NCBI GenBank assembly: GCA_965223545.1
Contig: OZ245006.1
Coordinates: forward strand, 5,984,001 to 6,048,000
Source of the DNA: Planctomycetota bacterium
GTDB taxonomy: Bacteria; Planctomycetota; UBA1135; UBA2386
Direction: 5' to 3'
Length of the DNA: 64,000 bases
In this document: positions 60,991-64,000 of the stretch, one piece after another
Position numbering within the stretch: position 1 is the first letter of the stretch
How the letters are laid out: each line of letters begins with the position of its first letter
Made by a program: the position numbers and the translations under genes
Notes under the pieces: model-generated
What the model was told of the DNA's origin: nothing
The model's database searches: none
The model's input: the letters and a program-made list of their open reading frames with translations, nothing else

Positions 60991-61713
60991 ATGGGACAAC
61001 TCGAGCGATACGGTCTCTACGTGCTGTGCCTACTGATCGTCTTGATCATGGGCGTGACGATTTGGGGCGGCGAGCCGATGCCGCCGGCGGACACGCATCT
61101 CGACGTTCGCGAGGGCGCCGCCGCACAAACCGCCATCGAGGAAGAGCCGCTGATCCTGCCGCAGCCGGAGGAGGGCTTCTTCGACCCGGTGCAGAACCCG
61201 GCGCCGCGGGTGCTGGAGTCACTGCCGCCGACGATCGCCGACGCCGATCTGGACTCGACCTCGGTGCCGGTGCCGGCGCCGGCATCGGCGGCGCCGACTC
61301 CGCGCGCGGAAGCTCCGGCCGCCGTCGCCCGCACCTACGAGGTGCAGCCGGGAGACAGCTTCTCGGAGATCGCGAGCGCCGAGCTGGGCTCGGTGCGCTA
61401 CACGGATGACATCGCGCGCGCCAACCCGGGCGTGGACTCCCGCAAGCTGCGGCCGGGCATGGTGCTCAACCTGCCCGCGGTGAGTGGCAAGGGCGGCGGC
61501 GCCAAGGGCAGCCAAGCCGGCGGCGGCAGCAAGCCCGCGCGCAAGGATGGCTGGGTCGACTACAAGGTGCGACCCGGCGACAATCCCTCCAAGATCTCCG
61601 AGACGTTCTACGGCACACCCAAGCACGCCGAGCGGATCATGGCGGCAAACAACATCGTCGACGCAACCAAGCTCCGGCCCGAGCAAGTGCTGCGCATTCC
61701 GCCGGTCCGCTGA
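60991..61713 (+). CDS. Membrane-anchored protein with two LysM domains
   Basis: N-terminal TM; YEVQPGDSFSEIA...LRPGMVLNLP and YKVRPGDNPSKIS...LRPEQVLRIP. Confidence 0.92.
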   Translation: MGQLERYGLYVLCLLIVLIMGVTIWGGEPMPPADTHLDVREGAAAQTAIEEEPLILPQPEEGFFDPVQNPAPRVLESLPPTIADADLDSTSVPVPAPASAAPTPRAEAPAAVARTYEVQPGDSFSEIASAELGSVRYTDDIARANPGVDSRKLRPGMVLNLPAVSGKGGGAKGSQAGGGSKPARKDGWVDYKVRPGDNPSKISETFYGTPKHAERIMAANNIVDATKLRPEQVLRIPPVR

Positions 61714-61731
61714 GCGAGCGGTTGGCAGAGA

Positions 61732-62841
61732 ATGGTCGTGCACGTTTGCCTGGTGAGCGGTGGCACTGGCGGGCACCTGTTGCCCGCGGCGGTGCTGGCG
61801 CGCGCCATGCGCGAGGCGGGGCACGATCCGGTCGTGCTGACCGAGGGGCGGGCGGCCGAGCACGCGCTGCTGCAGCATCTGAACTGCCGCGCCGAGTGCT
61901 TGTCGTCGAGAAGCGGACGGAGCTCGGTGCTCGGCTTGATGCGGGCGACGGTGCGCGCGCGCCAGTTCTTGCGCGATGAACGCACCGACCTGGTGATCGG
62001 CACCGGTGGTCGCGCCACAGTGCCGGTCGTGTTGGCGGCGCGCAGCCTCGGTGTTCCGTTCGCGCTGATGGAGCAGAACGCGGTGGCCGGCCGCGCCAAC
62101 CGCCTGCTGTCGCGGTTCGCGCGCCGGGTCTATTTGGGGTTGCCGGTCGCGGCGGCGCCGCGCCGCGCGCTGTTGACGGGGACCCCGGTGCGCGCCGAGC
62201 TCGGCGGCATCGAGCGGAATGCCGCGCGCCGCAGCTTGGGCCTCGACCCGGCTCTGCCGGTGGTGCTGGTCACCGGCGGCAGCCAGGGCGCACAGGTGCT
62301 CAACGACACCGTGCCGGCCGCGTTGGTCTCCCTGCGCCGTCCGCTGCAGGTCGTCCATCTCGCGGGGGCCGGGCACGACGCACAAGTGCGCGCCCGCTAC
62401 ACCGAGGCAGAGGCGGACGGGCTCACGGCGGTGGTGCGCAGCTACGCGGGCGACATGCCCTCTCTCTACGCGGCCGCCGACCTGGTCATCTGTCGCGGTG
62501 GCGGCAGCACGGTGGCCGAGCTGTGCGCGGCCGGCCGCGGCGCCATCATCGTGCCCTATCCTCATCACCGGGACCGGCAGCAGCTGGTCAACGCGCGGAT
62601 TCTCGAGCAGAGCGGCGCGGCGGTCGTCGTCGAGCAGGGCGCGCTCTCGGCAGAGGGCTTGGCCGCGCTGACGGACCGGTTGTTGGTGAGCGGCGAAGTC
62701 GCCACCATGGGGCAGCGCGCCGAGTCGTTGGCTCGGCGCGACTCCTGCCACCGCATCATGGCCGATCTCGGCCTGAGTGGAGCGGTGTCGAGCGAGCGCC
62801 TCGGTGGCGGCGCGGCCGGCGCGGAGGTGGGGGAGAACTGA
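61732..62841 (+). CDS. murG: Lipid II GlcNAc transferase
   Basis: GGTGGH, EQNAVAGRANR, GGSQGA, RGGGST, QLVNA. Confidence 0.95.
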   Translation: MVVHVCLVSGGTGGHLLPAAVLARAMREAGHDPVVLTEGRAAEHALLQHLNCRAECLSSRSGRSSVLGLMRATVRARQFLRDERTDLVIGTGGRATVPVVLAARSLGVPFALMEQNAVAGRANRLLSRFARRVYLGLPVAAAPRRALLTGTPVRAELGGIERNAARRSLGLDPALPVVLVTGGSQGAQVLNDTVPAALVSLRRPLQVVHLAGAGHDAQVRARYTEAEADGLTAVVRSYAGDMPSLYAAADLVICRGGGSTVAELCAAGRGAIIVPYPHHRDRQQLVNARILEQSGAAVVVEQGALSAEGLAALTDRLLVSGEVATMGQRAESLARRDSCHRIMADLGLSGAVSSERLGGGAAGAEVGEN

Positions 62842-64000
62842 TGGTGGCGTTCGGCGAGTTGCTGCCGCAGCGGGCGCATCTGGTCGGTGTCGCCGGGGCG
62901 GGCATGTCCGGCTTGGCGCGCTTGCTGCGCGGCGTCGGCGTCGCGGTGACCGGCAGCGACGCGGCGGTTTCGCCGGGGTTGCGGGCTCTGCAAGACGAGC
63001 GCTTCGCGGTGTGGGACGGTTGTGCTCCCGGCCGCGTGCCGCGCGGCCCCGGCTGGGTGGTGCGCTCGGCGGCGGTTCCCGGTGACGATGCCGAGGTGCG
63101 CGCGTGCGCGCAGCGCGGCTTGACGCCGTTGTTGTACGCGCAGGCGATCGGCCGGCTGTCGGCGGCGATGCGCACGCTCGCGGTGGCGGGCGCGCACGGC
63201 AAGACGTCGACCACCGCGCTGTTGGCCGCGGCTCTGCGCGGTGGCGGCATCGACGCGTCCTATCTGGTGGGTGGCGAGCTGCCGGCGCTGGGTGGCAACG
63301 GGCACGGTGGCCGCAGCGAATGGCTGGCGGTCGAGGCCTGTGAGTTCAACCGCTCGTTCCACGAGCTGCGGCCGGCGGCAGCCGCCGTGCTGAATCTCGA
63401 CCACGACCACTTCGATTGCTACCCGACGGCGGAAGCGCTGCTGGCGTCGTTCGCCGAGTTCGGCAACCGGGTGGTCGCAGGCGGCGTGCTGCTGGTGCCG
63501 GCGGATGCGCCGGCACCGCTGACCGCGGGGGTGTCGCCGGATGTCGAGGTGTGGCGCGTCGGTGTGGAGCCGAACGCCGATCTCCGGGCAGAGGCAGTGG
63601 AGCAGGTCGACGGGCGTTTCGCGTTCGAACCGCGCCTGCACAATCGCGCACTGCCGCGCCTCCAGCTCGCGGTCCCGGGGCGGTTCCAAGTGGACAACGC
63701 GCTGTTCGCGTTGGGGTTGGCGCTGTGGGCCGGTGCCGACGCGGGCGGCGCGGTGGATGGCATCGCCGGTTTTCGCGGTGTGCGGCGGCGGTTCGAGCTA
63801 CGCCGCGGGCAGCAGCGCGGCGTGGAGATCATCGACGACTACGCGCACCACCCGACCGAGTTGGCGGCGGTCGCCAGCGCCGCGCGGCAGCGGTTTCCCG
63901 GGAGGCGACTGCTGTGCGCCTTCCAGCCGCATCAACACCAGCGCACGGCGGCGCTGCTGCCGCAGTTCGCGGCCGCGTTGGCACAGTTCGACCAGACCCT
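62841..64000 (+). CDS. murC: UDP-MurNAc:L-Ala ligase (partial, runs off window)
   Basis: Manual translation: HLVGVAGAGMSGLA, AGAHGKTSTT, VEACEF, NLDHDHFD, GVRRRFE, DDYAHHP, FQPHQH. Confidence 0.93.
   Translation, partial: MVAFGELLPQRAHLVGVAGAGMSGLARLLRGVGVAVTGSDAAVSPGLRALQDERFAVWDGCAPGRVPRGPGWVVRSAAVPGDDAEVRACAQRGLTPLLYAQAIGRLSAAMRTLAVAGAHGKTSTTALLAAALRGGGIDASYLVGGELPALGGNGHGGRSEWLAVEACEFNRSFHELRPAAAAVLNLDHDHFDCYPTAEALLASFAEFGNRVVAGGVLLVPADAPAPLTAGVSPDVEVWRVGVEPNADLRAEAVEQVDGRFAFEPRLHNRALPRLQLAVPGRFQVDNALFALGLALWAGADAGGAVDGIAGFRGVRRRFELRRGQQRGVEIIDDYAHHPTELAAVASAARQRFPGRRLLCAFQPHQHQRTAALLPQFAAALAQFDQT

Noticed and set aside
62841..64000. Claim that ftsZ/ftsA are absent
   Set aside because: The cluster runs past the window end, so this cannot be assessed.

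Overview
Very GC-rich bacterial chromosome segment. The gene content (ECF sigma/Ser-Thr kinase pair, membrane-anchored ECF fusion, ELWxxDGT and Kelch-like secreted proteins, bat operon, LysM gene inside the dcw cluster) suggests Planctomycetota/PVC; this is an inference. From left to right it contains: a membrane-anchored ECF sigma fusion, truncated by the window edge; a block of large secreted proteins (GDSL hydrolase, arylsulfotransferase-like, frameshifted ELWxxDGT protein, Kelch proteins, G8-domain protein, DMFase-like protein), three of which share a C-terminal domain; an ECF sigma + Ser/Thr kinase pair; cutC; a moxR-DUF58-batABC-batD/E operon; two tandem di-heme cytochrome c oxidoreductases plus a matrixin protease; a 3-kb compositionally atypical islet with a nitrilase-fold gene and a winged-helix gene; assorted metabolic and lipoprotein genes; and a dcw cluster (mraZ-rsmH-ftsL-ftsI-murE-murF-mraY-ftsW-LysM-murG-murC) that lacks murD and runs off the window. 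Non-coding features are three copies of a structured ~200-bp element fused to TGA stop codons, a 32-bp post-stop repeat, and repeated TAnnnT boxes placed as for leaderless mRNAs. No rRNA, tRNA, CRISPR array or transposase was recognised. All calls come from motif reading by eye; no database searches were run.
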